Part shown: piece after piece, positions 12,383 to 22,361 of the stretch
How positions within the stretch are numbered: the stretch's first letter is position 1
Layout of the letters: every line of letters begins with the position of its first letter
DNA from: Elsinoe ampelina
Lineage: Eukaryota
NCBI GenBank assembly: GCA_010093995.1
Contig: ML992537.1
Span: forward strand, 1 to 45,718
Length of the DNA: 45,718 bases
Direction: 5' to 3'
Position numbers and translations under genes: made by a program
The notes under the pieces: model-generated
Database searches by the model: none
What the model saw: only the letters and a program-made list of their open reading frames with translations
Told to the model about the DNA's origin: nothing

Positions 12383-13105
12383 TCAGTACTTCACCTCCCC
12401 CGTCCCCGGCTCCCTCAACATGGCCAGATTTAAAAACTGATCCTCCACGCCCTCAAACCGACTCGCATCCCAATCCAAATCCCCCCTCTCCACAAACCCA
12501 GACTGCTCATACAACCTCCTCCCCGCCTCGCTCGCCTCTAGATACATCGGCACCCCCAACTCATCCGCCTTCCTCAACCCCCACCGCATCAAAACCTTCC
12601 CCACCCCCCGCCTCTGATGATCCGGATGCGTACAAATCGACTTGAGATACAAATACGGCCGCCCCGCCACATTATCCAGCTTCCCCTTGAACTGCGCCAC
12701 CCGGAACACATCGAACCGATCATGGTTAACGTCCGGGATGTGCCTCTCCGCCTCCCGCTCCGTGGCCGCCTGCTCCTCCTCGACCCGCATCTGCGCCGCG
12801 GACTTGGCCTCCGGAACGAGTTGCCAGCGCGCGGTGCCGACGATAGGGGAACCAGGAAGGGCGGTGTCGCGGACCACGTGGAAGTAGAAGTTCTCCGTCT
12901 GGCAGCCTTTGAGGTGGGTTTCGCGGTTCCAGGCCGTGATGGCGGGGGTGATGCCGTTGGGGTAGAAGAGGTCGAGGAAGCCGATTTTGCTGCCGGGGGG
13001 GCGGAGGGAGAAGGTGTGGTTTGTGACGGCGATCCAGGAGTCCAAGGTGGAAGGGGTGACGGTTTCGAGGACCAGGTTGGGAGGGGAGGGGTCGGTGGGG
13101 GGCAT
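12383..13105 (-). CDS. GNAT-family N-acetyltransferase
   Basis: Acetyl-CoA-binding motif ICTHPDHQRRGVGKVLM followed by YLEASEAGRRLYEQSGF, typical of fungal GNATs. Confidence 0.9.
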   Translation of the reverse strand: MPPTDPSPPNLVLETVTPSTLDSWIAVTNHTFSLRPPGSKIGFLDLFYPNGITPAITAWNRETHLKGCQTENFYFHVVRDTALPGSPIVGTARWQLVPEAKSAAQMRVEEEQAATEREAERHIPDVNHDRFDVFRVAQFKGKLDNVAGRPYLYLKSICTHPDHQRRGVGKVLMRWGLRKADELGVPMYLEASEAGRRLYEQSGFVERGDLDWDASRFEGVEDQFLNLAMLREPGTGEVKY

Positions 13106-13350
13106 CGTGGTGGTTTGGTTGGGGGAAAGGAGGAGGAAGGAGGGTAGAGGGAAGGAGAGGGAGATGGGATGTACTTATTGGTTCTGGGTATCTTTAGGCA
13201 GATCAATGCTTGGTGGTATATGCTGACTCACTTGGAGGAGCGTTCGGTGTTTGTTTGAGGAAATCCGGTGCTGCTGATGATGATGCGGCTGCTGACGGAG
13301 TTGCCGATTCCGAGTCTAGCCGTTTTGGGACGAAAGTGGTTTGGCAAGGA

Positions 13351-13367
13351 ACGCGTGCTTGACGCGA
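13351..13367. promoter_or_regulatory. Tandem MCB-like boxes (ACGCGT 13351-13356, ACGCGA 13362-13367) upstream of MSH2
   Basis: Two MluI cell-cycle-box-like sites about 170-180 bp upstream of the MSH2 ATG, in the short divergent GNAT/MSH2 promoter. MBF control of replication/repair genes is established in yeasts. Confidence 0.5.
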
Positions 13368-13532
13368 CTTTCCTCTGCCATTTGCTTTCACTACACAGTA
13401 CACCAACAATACTCCGCAAAGGCACTCAGGCTCAGTGATATTGTAAAGAATCAGAAGAATACAACTCGCACTTCTCATCCAAAAGATCCGTAATCCACAT
13501 CTGGCCCAGCTGGGCCATTCACTTCCGAAGCC

Positions 13533-16334
13533 ATGGGATCCAGACCAGAGCTCAAGGTCGACGACGAAGTCGGCTTCATCAGGTTCTTCCGCGGTATCAG
13601 TAAAGACGACGAAACTATACGTATCTTCAATCGAAGCGAATACTACACAGCACATGGCGATGACGCCGTCTTCATCGCCCGCACAGTCTACAAGACCACA
13701 TCAGTCTTGAGACAATTGGGTCGAGAACCAGGCCTTGCATCAGTCACATTGTCAGTCACAGTCTTCCGGAGCTTCTTACGAGAAGCACTCTTTCGACTGG
13801 GCAAACGAGTAGAGATCTACGAAACCGCAGGCAGGAACCAGTGGAAGGTGGCAAAGACGGCATCACCCGGTAACCTGCAGGACATCGAAGACGAGCTCGG
13901 CGGTGCAGTGGATGCAGCTCCGATCATCTTGGCTGTCAAAGTGTCGGCGAGAGCCTCAGAGGCAAGAAATGTGGGTGTCTGCTTCGCGGATGCCAGTGTC
14001 AGAGAGCTTGGAGTTAGCGAGTTTGTCGACAACGACATTTATTCAAACTTTGAATCCCTGCTCATCCAACTCGGTGTCAGGGAAGTTCTCATTCAGAATG
14101 AAGGAAAGACCAAGGACCCGGAGCTCTCCAAGCTTCGCTCGATAGCAGACAATTGTGGCTGCGCCATCTCCGAGAGAGCTGGAGGTGACTTCAGCAACAA
14201 GGACGTCGAGCAAGACCTGTCGAGGATACTACGAGACGAGCGAGCTGCCGGTATGCTCCCTCAGACTGACTTGAAGCTTGCTATGAGCTCGGCTGCGGCT
14301 TTGATCAAATATCTGGGAGTCATGTCAGATCCTTCAAACTTTGGACAGTACCAGCTCTACCAGCACGACCTCTCACAATACATGAAGCTCGACGCTGCAG
14401 CCCTGAAAGCACTCAATCTCATGCCCGGACCAAAGGACGGATCAAAGACTATGAACCTATACGGACTGCTCAATCAGTGCAAGACTCCTGTCGGCAGCAG
14501 GCTACTGGCGCAGTGGCTGAAGCAACCACTGATGAGTCTGGAAGAAATCGAGCGTCGTCAGCTTTTGGTCGAAGCATTCGTGAACGATACTGAACTACGA
14601 CAGACCATGCAGGAGGAGCATCTACGGTCAATACCGGACCTATACAGACTGGCCAAGAAGTTTCAGAGAAAGAAAGCTGATCTCGAAGATGTTGTCCGGG
14701 CATACCAGGTGGCCATTCGCCTACCCGAGTTTCTCGGCACTTTGGAAGGGGTGACTGAAGGTCCGTACAGAGATGCTTTGTACACAGAGTACACATCAAA
14801 GATTCGCCAATACAGTATCGCATTTGCTCGCCTGCAAGAGATGGTAGAAACCACGATTGATCTCGATGCTCTGGACAACCACGAGTTCATCATCAAGTCG
14901 GAATTCGACGTCAGTCTAGGCGTGATCCGAAAGAAGCTCGACAAGCTGCGTCACGACATGTCCAAGGAACACAGCAAGGTAGCAACTGACCTGGACGTGG
15001 ACATTGAAAAGAAGCTCTTCCTGGAACAGCAAAAAGTCCACGGCTGGTGTTTCCGCCTGACACGCAACGAGGCTGGTGCTATCCGTAATAAGAAGCAATA
15101 CCAGGAATGTTCGACTCAGAAGAACGGCGTCTACTTCACAACCTCACACTTACTCTCACTCCGACGCGAATTCGACCAGCTATCCGAGACATACAACCGT
15201 ACTCAGTCAGGGTTGGTCCACGAAGTTGTCTCGGTTGCCGCCACGTTCTGTCCAGTTTTTGAGAAGCTAGCAGCCGTGCTCTCGCATCTTGACGTGATAG
15301 TAGCCTTCGCACACGTATCTGTCCACGCCCCAACGCCGTACGTCCGACCTACTATGCACCCGCGTGGCGAAGGCAATACTGTGCTTACGGAAGCCCGCCA
15401 TCCATGCATGGAGATGCAAGACGACATTTCATTCATCACCAATGACGTCTCGCTTGTCCGTGGCTCGTCCGAATTCCTCATCATCACCGGACCGAACATG
15501 GGCGGCAAATCGACATACATCCGACAGATTGGTGTCATTGCTCTTCTTGCACAGATCGGTTGCTTCGTCCCTTGCGCTACGGCTGAGCTTGCCCTCTTCG
15601 ACTGCATACTCGCCCGTGTCGGAGCGTCAGATTCTCAGTTGAAAGGTGTTTCCACTTTCATGGCTGAGATGCTCGAAACCTCCAACATTCTCAAATCCGC
15701 TACCCGCGAGTCACTGATCATCATCGACGAACTCGGCCGCGGCACAAGCACCTACGATGGCTTCGGCCTCGCCTGGGCCATCTCCGAGCATATCGTCCGT
15801 GAGATCGGCGCCGTCGGTCTCTTCGCCACCCACTTCCACGAACTGACGGCCCTCAACCAGACATACCCGCAAGTGCAGAACCTCCATGTCGTCGCGCACG
15901 TAGAAGATGCACCCACTCCTGCCGCAGAAGAAGACGAGATGGATATTGACGCCGGTTCCGGCAAGAAGAGCAAGAATCGCCAAGTGACACTACTTTACAA
16001 AGTGGAGCCGGGCGTCAGCGACCAGAGCTTCGGCATCCACGTCGCGGAACTGGTTCGCTTTCCAGACAAAGTGGTACGGATGGCGAAGCGCAAGGCGGAT
16101 GAGCTGGAGGATTTTGCTGGCCGTTCTGGGGGGGAAGGGACGAAGCTGGGTGATGAAGAGGTGGAGGGCAGTAAGCGAGCGCTGAAGAGGATACTGAAAG
16201 AGTGGAAGGCGAAGGTGGAGAGTGAGGGTTTGACGGACGATGCGAAAGGGCAGAGGGAATGTATGCGGGAGTTGGTCATGGGGGATGCGGAGCTCAAGGG
16301 GACGAGATTTTTGGGGGAGTTGATGGCGTTGTGA
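13533..16334 (+). CDS. MSH2: DNA mismatch repair protein Msh2 (intronless)
   Basis: N-terminal YYTAHGDDA, ASPGNLQ, Walker A ITGPNMGGKSTYIRQIG, ARVGASDSQLKGVSTFMAEMLET, IIIDELGRGTSTYDGFGLAWAI, FATHFHEL and SFGIHVAELVRFP. Confidence 0.98.
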   Translation: MGSRPELKVDDEVGFIRFFRGISKDDETIRIFNRSEYYTAHGDDAVFIARTVYKTTSVLRQLGREPGLASVTLSVTVFRSFLREALFRLGKRVEIYETAGRNQWKVAKTASPGNLQDIEDELGGAVDAAPIILAVKVSARASEARNVGVCFADASVRELGVSEFVDNDIYSNFESLLIQLGVREVLIQNEGKTKDPELSKLRSIADNCGCAISERAGGDFSNKDVEQDLSRILRDERAAGMLPQTDLKLAMSSAAALIKYLGVMSDPSNFGQYQLYQHDLSQYMKLDAAALKALNLMPGPKDGSKTMNLYGLLNQCKTPVGSRLLAQWLKQPLMSLEEIERRQLLVEAFVNDTELRQTMQEEHLRSIPDLYRLAKKFQRKKADLEDVVRAYQVAIRLPEFLGTLEGVTEGPYRDALYTEYTSKIRQYSIAFARLQEMVETTIDLDALDNHEFIIKSEFDVSLGVIRKKLDKLRHDMSKEHSKVATDLDVDIEKKLFLEQQKVHGWCFRLTRNEAGAIRNKKQYQECSTQKNGVYFTTSHLLSLRREFDQLSETYNRTQSGLVHEVVSVAATFCPVFEKLAAVLSHLDVIVAFAHVSVHAPTPYVRPTMHPRGEGNTVLTEARHPCMEMQDDISFITNDVSLVRGSSEFLIITGPNMGGKSTYIRQIGVIALLAQIGCFVPCATAELALFDCILARVGASDSQLKGVSTFMAEMLETSNILKSATRESLIIIDELGRGTSTYDGFGLAWAISEHIVREIGAVGLFATHFHELTALNQTYPQVQNLHVVAHVEDAPTPAAEEDEMDIDAGSGKKSKNRQVTLLYKVEPGVSDQSFGIHVAELVRFPDKVVRMAKRKADELEDFAGRSGGEGTKLGDEEVEGSKRALKRILKEWKAKVESEGLTDDAKGQRECMRELVMGDAELKGTRFLGELMAL

Positions 16335-16602
16335 TTGCTGAGACTGAGCGCATGCTCCGGAGGACTCACGTCCGGAAGCCGGAAGGCCACGGATTAGCTG
16401 TGTAAGAGCATGCTTATCGTGTAGCATGTGTACAAGGGCGAAATTGGGGTCGAGCCCAAATTGCAAGTCTTTGAAAATTCACCATTTGCTGTCCAAGCTG
16501 CCTACTGGTAATAGCAGTGACTGACAAACTACCACCTCTACCACCTTATGCCGGACAGCTTGTCTAGACTATGCTAAACCTGGTAGTATTGCCTTGGAGG
16601 AA

Positions 16603-19206
16603 CTACCAATCCTCCTCGTCCTTTCCAACCTGCTTCGGACCACCAGCTCTCAACCTCTCCACCACCTCCTCACACACCCTCCGCACCTTCTCCCTATGTC
16701 TCCTCTTCTCCACCACCTCACTCTCCATCAAGACCTCCCTCAACCACACCCCGAACCCCACCCTCAACCCCTCCACCTCCCCCGCCCTCGCCAGCACCCC
16801 CACCACATCCTCCCCCTTGCCCTTATCCAGTATCAACTGACTGATCATGACCTCCAACAACAACCCCGTCCTCGGCCCCAGATAAGCCCAATCTAGCTTC
16901 TTCAACGCCGCGACCGGCACCGCCCCGCTCTTCATCAAACTCGCGTAAAACTTGGCAAGACTCACCACCTCCCTAGTCCCCAACCCCGCCTCGTCCCCCT
17001 CGCCTTCCTCTCCCCCGGCTCCCTCGCAGTCACCTTCCCCTCCCACCTCCCCCGCCGCCCTCTCGAACACGTCCCACAACGCGAACTGGAACCCCATCCT
17101 CACTTCCCTCTTGCTCCCGCTGCTGCCGCTGCTGCTGCTCCCGCTCCCGGCGCACAGCTCGCGCGCCACGTGGGCGTAGTAAGGGTTGTATTCTTCTTCG
17201 GCGGCGACGCAGCGGACGAGCACGCGCGGGATCTCGGCGAGTTGGCGGGGTTTGAGGCGCAGTTTGGTGATGCGTTGTGCGGCGTCGCGGTAGTCGACCG
17301 ATGACATTATGGTGGTGAAGAGGGAGGTGCGGATGGACGTGTTCATTCCTAGGGAGCGGGCGAGGTGGGGGAGGGAGGGGGAGGGGGAGGGGTCGTTCGA
17401 CGAGGGGGTGGTGGTGGTGGGTTGGGGGTCAGTGGTGGGCAGGGGGAGGGAGGGGTCGGATGGATGGGGAGAGGCGTCGGACATTCTGGCGGGATCGTGC
17501 CAGGAGGCGCCGACGAGCCACCATTTCCCTTTTTTGTCGGCATTTTGCAGGTCCGAGAGGGTGATGCGGAGGGGCTCGCTGGTGCGGTTGGTGTTGTGCG
17601 CTTTGATGGTGCCGAGAAGTTTCTTCATCCTGGTGATTGTTTCTGCCCGGGTGGCGCTGGCGCCCAGGCCGCCTTTTAGTTTGTTGTTCTTGAGGTCGGT
17701 GATCGTTTCGACCATGAAGCTTTGGCGGACGGAGATTTGGGATTTGTCCATTGTGGAGACTTTGGTGGAGATGAGGGCGACTACGTCCTTGAGGGCGGAG
17801 GGATCGTCGGATCGTAGCTGGGGGCCGCAGGTGCGGACTATGCGGAGGAGTAGTTCGGTGGATGTTTCGGAGAGGTCGCTTATGTAGTGACGAAGGAGGT
17901 CGTAGATGATGGTCGATGAGATGACTGAAAAGGTGTAGAGTGTGGCGAGCAGGGAAACAAGATTGATTTGCTTCTTGTCTACTGTATCTGCTTTGCCAGG
18001 CCCGGCTAAGATTGATAGATCTTGAGCAACACGCTCGAGTAGCTGAGCGCCAAAGTCGACTCCCACGATCCGATAAAGACCAGCAATGAAGCCGCCATGG
18101 AGCGTGATGAAGGTGTCTGTCAACGAGGCACTGTCGGCTATGAGAGCAAGTAACGTGTTGATCAGGCCTTCAGTGACATGCCCACGAGCATTATCTTGGT
18201 ACAGAGCATCCATAGACGAAAGGATGGAAAGCATATTAGACTCTGATAGACGATTCACCAGACCCTGGATTTTGCGGTGCAAACGGACGACAGACTCGTC
18301 TTGAGTACTACCAGATCCAGTGCCACGGAGAGACGGGGGGACGTACTTGGCGATAGATGGCTCGGCTGTGGTAGTTATTGGGGCCCGATATGGGTTCTCG
18401 CGAGCCTTTATCGGGCGTGGTATCGATGATTCTGAGAGCTGAGATACGTCCAGATCCTCTTCGTCTGCCTCACTCTCCTCCTCATCGTCCATACTACCAG
18501 ACTCTTCGCCAGACCCATCGATGTCTGATGAGCCGTTCAAGGGCTCGTCGGAGAAGCCCTCGAATTCGTCGTCTTCAACCTCGGCCGGTAATTCCAGCTT
18601 TCTGCGCTTCTGTTTGAGCCAGTCTTCGTCTGCCTGCAGCTTGCGCTTTCCGCCTGCACTTTCGCCCGCCACTGCGTCATCGATCTCACCCAGCAGATCG
18701 TCCAGTCCATCCTCCAGCGCCGCCTTGCCGCCTTTCTTCTTGATACCAAGCTTTCGCTCGAGGGCTGCAATCTCTGCATCCTCCTGATCCAGTCTCGCTC
18801 GAGAGGTCTTGGACATCTTCTGTGATGTGGGAGCTGGCAGTACGGCTTCCTCGGCATCATCCGAGTCGTCGTCCCCGAACACCTCGCTGTCGCTCCCGTC
18901 GATCAAATCATCGTCGGACGGCAATTGTTCGTCATCGCTTCCATCCCTCACTGCAGTATGTCGGGGGTTCTCCTTCTGGGCTTGTGAGATTCGGGGTGTG
19001 GTTCCGTTGCGCGCTGTCTTCGCTCTGATAGACCGCTGCTTTTGGTTCTGCTTGTTCTGCTTCTTCTTTGCTTGTCGGTCTTGCTTGCGAAGGTCCTTGC
19101 GTGTCGGCGCTCGTGAAGTCCTACCAGACTTGCTAGCTCCGACCTGGTCGGCAATGGCTTTTGGCAATTTTGGGCCGCCACTGGCAGGAACTTGATGGCG
19201 AGACAT
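16603..19206 (-). CDS. SGD1: Sgd1/NOM1 nucleolar MIF4G-MA3 domain protein
   Basis: Basic/acidic N-terminus, KYVPPSLR, GLVNRLSESN (MIF4G), GPQLRSDDPSALK, FMVETITDLKNNK, KGKWWLVGASW, ARSLGMNTSIR and YNPYY (MA3). First ATG at 19206. Confidence 0.92.
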   Translation of the reverse strand: MSRHQVPASGGPKLPKAIADQVGASKSGRTSRAPTRKDLRKQDRQAKKKQNKQNQKQRSIRAKTARNGTTPRISQAQKENPRHTAVRDGSDDEQLPSDDDLIDGSDSEVFGDDDSDDAEEAVLPAPTSQKMSKTSRARLDQEDAEIAALERKLGIKKKGGKAALEDGLDDLLGEIDDAVAGESAGGKRKLQADEDWLKQKRRKLELPAEVEDDEFEGFSDEPLNGSSDIDGSGEESGSMDDEEESEADEEDLDVSQLSESSIPRPIKARENPYRAPITTTAEPSIAKYVPPSLRGTGSGSTQDESVVRLHRKIQGLVNRLSESNMLSILSSMDALYQDNARGHVTEGLINTLLALIADSASLTDTFITLHGGFIAGLYRIVGVDFGAQLLERVAQDLSILAGPGKADTVDKKQINLVSLLATLYTFSVISSTIIYDLLRHYISDLSETSTELLLRIVRTCGPQLRSDDPSALKDVVALISTKVSTMDKSQISVRQSFMVETITDLKNNKLKGGLGASATRAETITRMKKLLGTIKAHNTNRTSEPLRITLSDLQNADKKGKWWLVGASWHDPARMSDASPHPSDPSLPLPTTDPQPTTTTPSSNDPSPSPSLPHLARSLGMNTSIRTSLFTTIMSSVDYRDAAQRITKLRLKPRQLAEIPRVLVRCVAAEEEYNPYYAHVARELCAGSGSSSSGSSGSKREVRMGFQFALWDVFERAAGEVGGEGDCEGAGGEEGEGDEAGLGTREVVSLAKFYASLMKSGAVPVAALKKLDWAYLGPRTGLLLEVMISQLILDKGKGEDVVGVLARAGEVEGLRVGFGVWLREVLMESEVVEKRRHREKVRRVCEEVVERLRAGGPKQVGKDEEDW

Positions 19207-20166
19207 GATGATGATGACTTTTCGGTCTGCTAGGATCTTGAGGGACAACTACCACGACGGAGAGATTCTGGTAGTACTGCGCTCGAACCTACCAGGTTTG
19301 AGAGAATTCGATTCGCATATTGCGGCGAGTGGCAAGGTCTGCGATCACGTGTGGTAGTTTTTGGCTGAAGGAAATTTATGCGATCGAAAGAGTGGGGGAG
19401 TGGTCGGCTCCAATTGCCTTTTCAATCTGTGCGGCTCTGGAAGAAGCAGAGCCCCATCGGGCCCGGACTACTGTATCTTGCCCTCGTTTTCGCCCTCATC
19501 GCTCGACAGACGTTCGAATGACTTCTGATTAGCAAAGTCGACCGTGTCGCCTTCGGCATCATGCCTGCTTCGGACTCTGTCGCGCCGAGTTTCATTGATT
19601 ACCCCACTTCGACATCAGAATTGTCCGTCCGTGTTCCATCCGACAAAGTCACATGGACCTGGAGAGACGAGGTCAAAGTATCACACTCGTACCCAGGAAC
19701 ACGTCGGCGGTGGATTGATGTGATTGGCGCCACATGGTCAGCATGCTCGAACTGGTTCCAGGCGGTGAAAAGTCAACTCTTCTCTAACATCGTCCCATCC
19801 AAAAAGACATTAGCCAAAAACACAGAGTTTGTGGGGTCATGCATGAACACATGGTGGATCGTGCTGCTCCAAGGTTAATCCGTGGCTCTTTGGATGGCAA
19901 TGGCATGGTTTGGGTGAAGGCTTAGTGGAAAGGGCTCACCGTTGCCCTCGCTTATCTGCTGGCCTCGCTCCGCCCACGACAGCGACGGCTTGACAATGCT
20001 GGCTCGTCACATCTCCCAATGTCTAAGGATCTGGAAATGAGCAGTGCCGGTGGGCGGACTCTGCTCTCGTCCCTCTCGGTGGGTCAGACGCCGAGGTCAT
20101 CTCCTCTAAGTTAGCGCCTCTCTTGCTTCAGTGCTAGACCACAGCCAAGCTCGCCAAGCTGCAGGT

Positions 20167-20522
20167 CCCCGCCAATCCCGCCGCCAATCCCCTGCAAGCT
20201 GCATGCACCGTCGAGCATCTAACTCGAATGGAGATGCTGCATCCGACGGGCTGCATCGTTCAACCTGGGGTACACATCGAGCATGCTGTATGGTGCACAA
20301 CAATGGCCTCGTGATGTCGTCAGGACCAGGATTACGACCGGTGGAAATACATGGCTAAAGTCAAGCCTCGCCGCCAAGTCACCACAATCCTGTCCCTGAA
20401 ACGCATAGATTGTACCCCCAAGGCGGACAAGTTTACTCCGCCGTAGCGATGTTTCACGATTTTGTCCTTCAATGAAATGCGAGTAATAATGCTGATAGCA
20501 GTGAACCTGTGCTTTTGCGGAG
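20167..20522 (+). promoter_or_regulatory. Cluster of candidate GaaR (CCNCCAA), XlnR (GGCTAAA) and CreA (SYGGRG) sites
   Basis: CCGCCAAT at 20169-20176 and 20181-20188, CCGCCAA at 20371-20377, CCCCCAA at 20415-20421. GGCTAAA at 20353-20359. SYGGRG matches at 20167-20172 (minus), 20265-20270, 20436-20441 (minus) and 20517-20522. Confidence 0.45.
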
Positions 20523-20595
20523 TGGTACATATACACAGCTGAGTCCATAATCGGGCCTACCATAATCAGATCTTCCATTCTTTTTCACCTTCATC

Positions 20596-21657
20596 ATGGT
20601 TCAATTCACCGGTCTTACAGCAGTGCTGGCACTTGCATCTTATGCCGCCGCCCAGTGCGGTTCAGGCACTCCCAATGCTAGGGTCACTGGCTCCAGTGGT
20701 AGCTACCAGGCTGTCCGAGGATCCACCAACCTCTACTCCGGATCTGACTATCGCGCTGCTATCCAGGCTGCCGTCGACGGTATCTCCTCTGGTCAACGCG
20801 TTTCCGTCATTGCTTCAGGCTCCATTGGCGCTAGCACCATCACCATCGGCTCTGGCAAGACCTTTGAGGGCTGCGGGACCATCAACGCAAGCAGCCGCTC
20901 TGGACGTGGTGCCATCGAGTCCTTCAACACCCAGAATGTCAACATCCCCTACCTCACCATGACCGGTGCCCCTTACTTCGGCCTCCGCTTCTACGGCACC
21001 AGCGGCCTCAACCTCGGCCAGATCACCATGAACCTGTCCGGTGGCATGGGCATCCGCTTCGACCGCGACAACGCCGCCAACTCCAACGTGAAGATGGGCA
21101 CCATCCGCGTCACCGGCGCCGGAAGCCACGCCGTCGAGACCTGGAACATCAACGGACTTCAGATCGGCTCCGTCATCGCCCGCGACGTCGGCGAGTGCGG
21201 CCTCCTCCTGCAAAAGGTCACCGACGTCAAGGTCGGTCTGGTCGACGGCCAGAATGTCGCCGCCGGCAACGGTTACGCTACCCTCCGCTTCGCCAACAAT
21301 GCCGGCCAGAAGGGCAGCAGCTACAACACTAACATTGTCATCGACAAGGTCGTCTCCCGCGGTGGAGGACGTGGTATCTTCTGCGTTTCACAATCTGGTG
21401 GTGTCGATATCGTCAGCGCTGACTTGGCCAACAATGGCAACAACGCCATCCTCATCGAGAACTGCTACAACTTTCGCATTCGTGGTGGTACTGTCAATGG
21501 TGGTGGTGAGGTCCGCCTTGCTGCTCGGACTGAGTTCCCCGTCACTCGTGACACCAACATCTCTCTTCGCGTCGACGGCACTACTGTCCGCGAGAGCCCT
21601 TGCGCTACCAACTCCATCTGGAACTTGTCGGGCAATGGTGCAAGGAACATCTGCTAG
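20596..21657 (+). CDS. Secreted parallel beta-helix (pectin-lyase-like fold) protein of unknown activity
   Basis: Signal peptide MVQFTGLTAVLALASYAAA, then AAIQAAVD (typical beta-helix cap helix) and Gly/Asn-rich periodic beta repeats. Strongly C-ending codon usage. Intronless. Confidence 0.8.
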   Translation: MVQFTGLTAVLALASYAAAQCGSGTPNARVTGSSGSYQAVRGSTNLYSGSDYRAAIQAAVDGISSGQRVSVIASGSIGASTITIGSGKTFEGCGTINASSRSGRGAIESFNTQNVNIPYLTMTGAPYFGLRFYGTSGLNLGQITMNLSGGMGIRFDRDNAANSNVKMGTIRVTGAGSHAVETWNINGLQIGSVIARDVGECGLLLQKVTDVKVGLVDGQNVAAGNGYATLRFANNAGQKGSSYNTNIVIDKVVSRGGGRGIFCVSQSGGVDIVSADLANNGNNAILIENCYNFRIRGGTVNGGGEVRLAARTEFPVTRDTNISLRVDGTTVRESPCATNSIWNLSGNGARNIC

Positions 21658-22361
21658 ATGGTGAAAGAGATGGCAGAGAGGTCGTGATACTGTTGGGACC
21701 TGCAGATATCTGATCTGTTCTATTCTGTAAATATTTTTATACAACTCAAAAAAGTCGTGTTTACCCACCTTGCATCGTGCTATGATGATCCTCATTCTCA
21801 CTCATCATGAGACGCGTCCATGTCACCTTCTCTGTACGTCGTATGACCACTGAAGCCTTGTACGACCTTCGGACGAAGCCGCATGCATCCACCTAGATTG
21901 CATCCACCATGTACATACACCCTTGGGCACCCACATGGCCTGATACCTAAGTCAATAAGTGCCAGACGTTGAGACTGAATGCCCTTTGAAGTTGCAACTG
22001 ATGGTAAACGGATGCAGTGGAAAGAAGCTCGTCGAACATGCACGCGTCCCAAAGAAGAGATCGAAGCATTGCCTGATTCGGATGCAAACGACAGCCACCT
22101 CCATGGCATCACATCCCAAACTTCCGTCACTAATTTCTCTGCGCACCATGCGTTGCTCTTCAATCTTGGCTCCTGATGATGAGCTCGGCATGTATGCTCA
22201 TTTACCCACCATGCTGCCTTGAATGATGCATACAACCGTGAGAGCAGAAGCATATGACGTACCGATGTCTTTCGAGATCATCCTGGTAGGATCAACGTGA
22301 GCAATACAAGTACTGGAGCATCAGCACCTCCCTTGCAGTCAATATCGGGTCCATCCTCACC

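Noticed and set aside
19268..19295. CTGGTAG...CTACCAG hairpin with GTTCGA on the minus strand, suggestive of a tRNA T-arm
   Set aside because: No cloverleaf, acceptor stem or A-box could be built around it.
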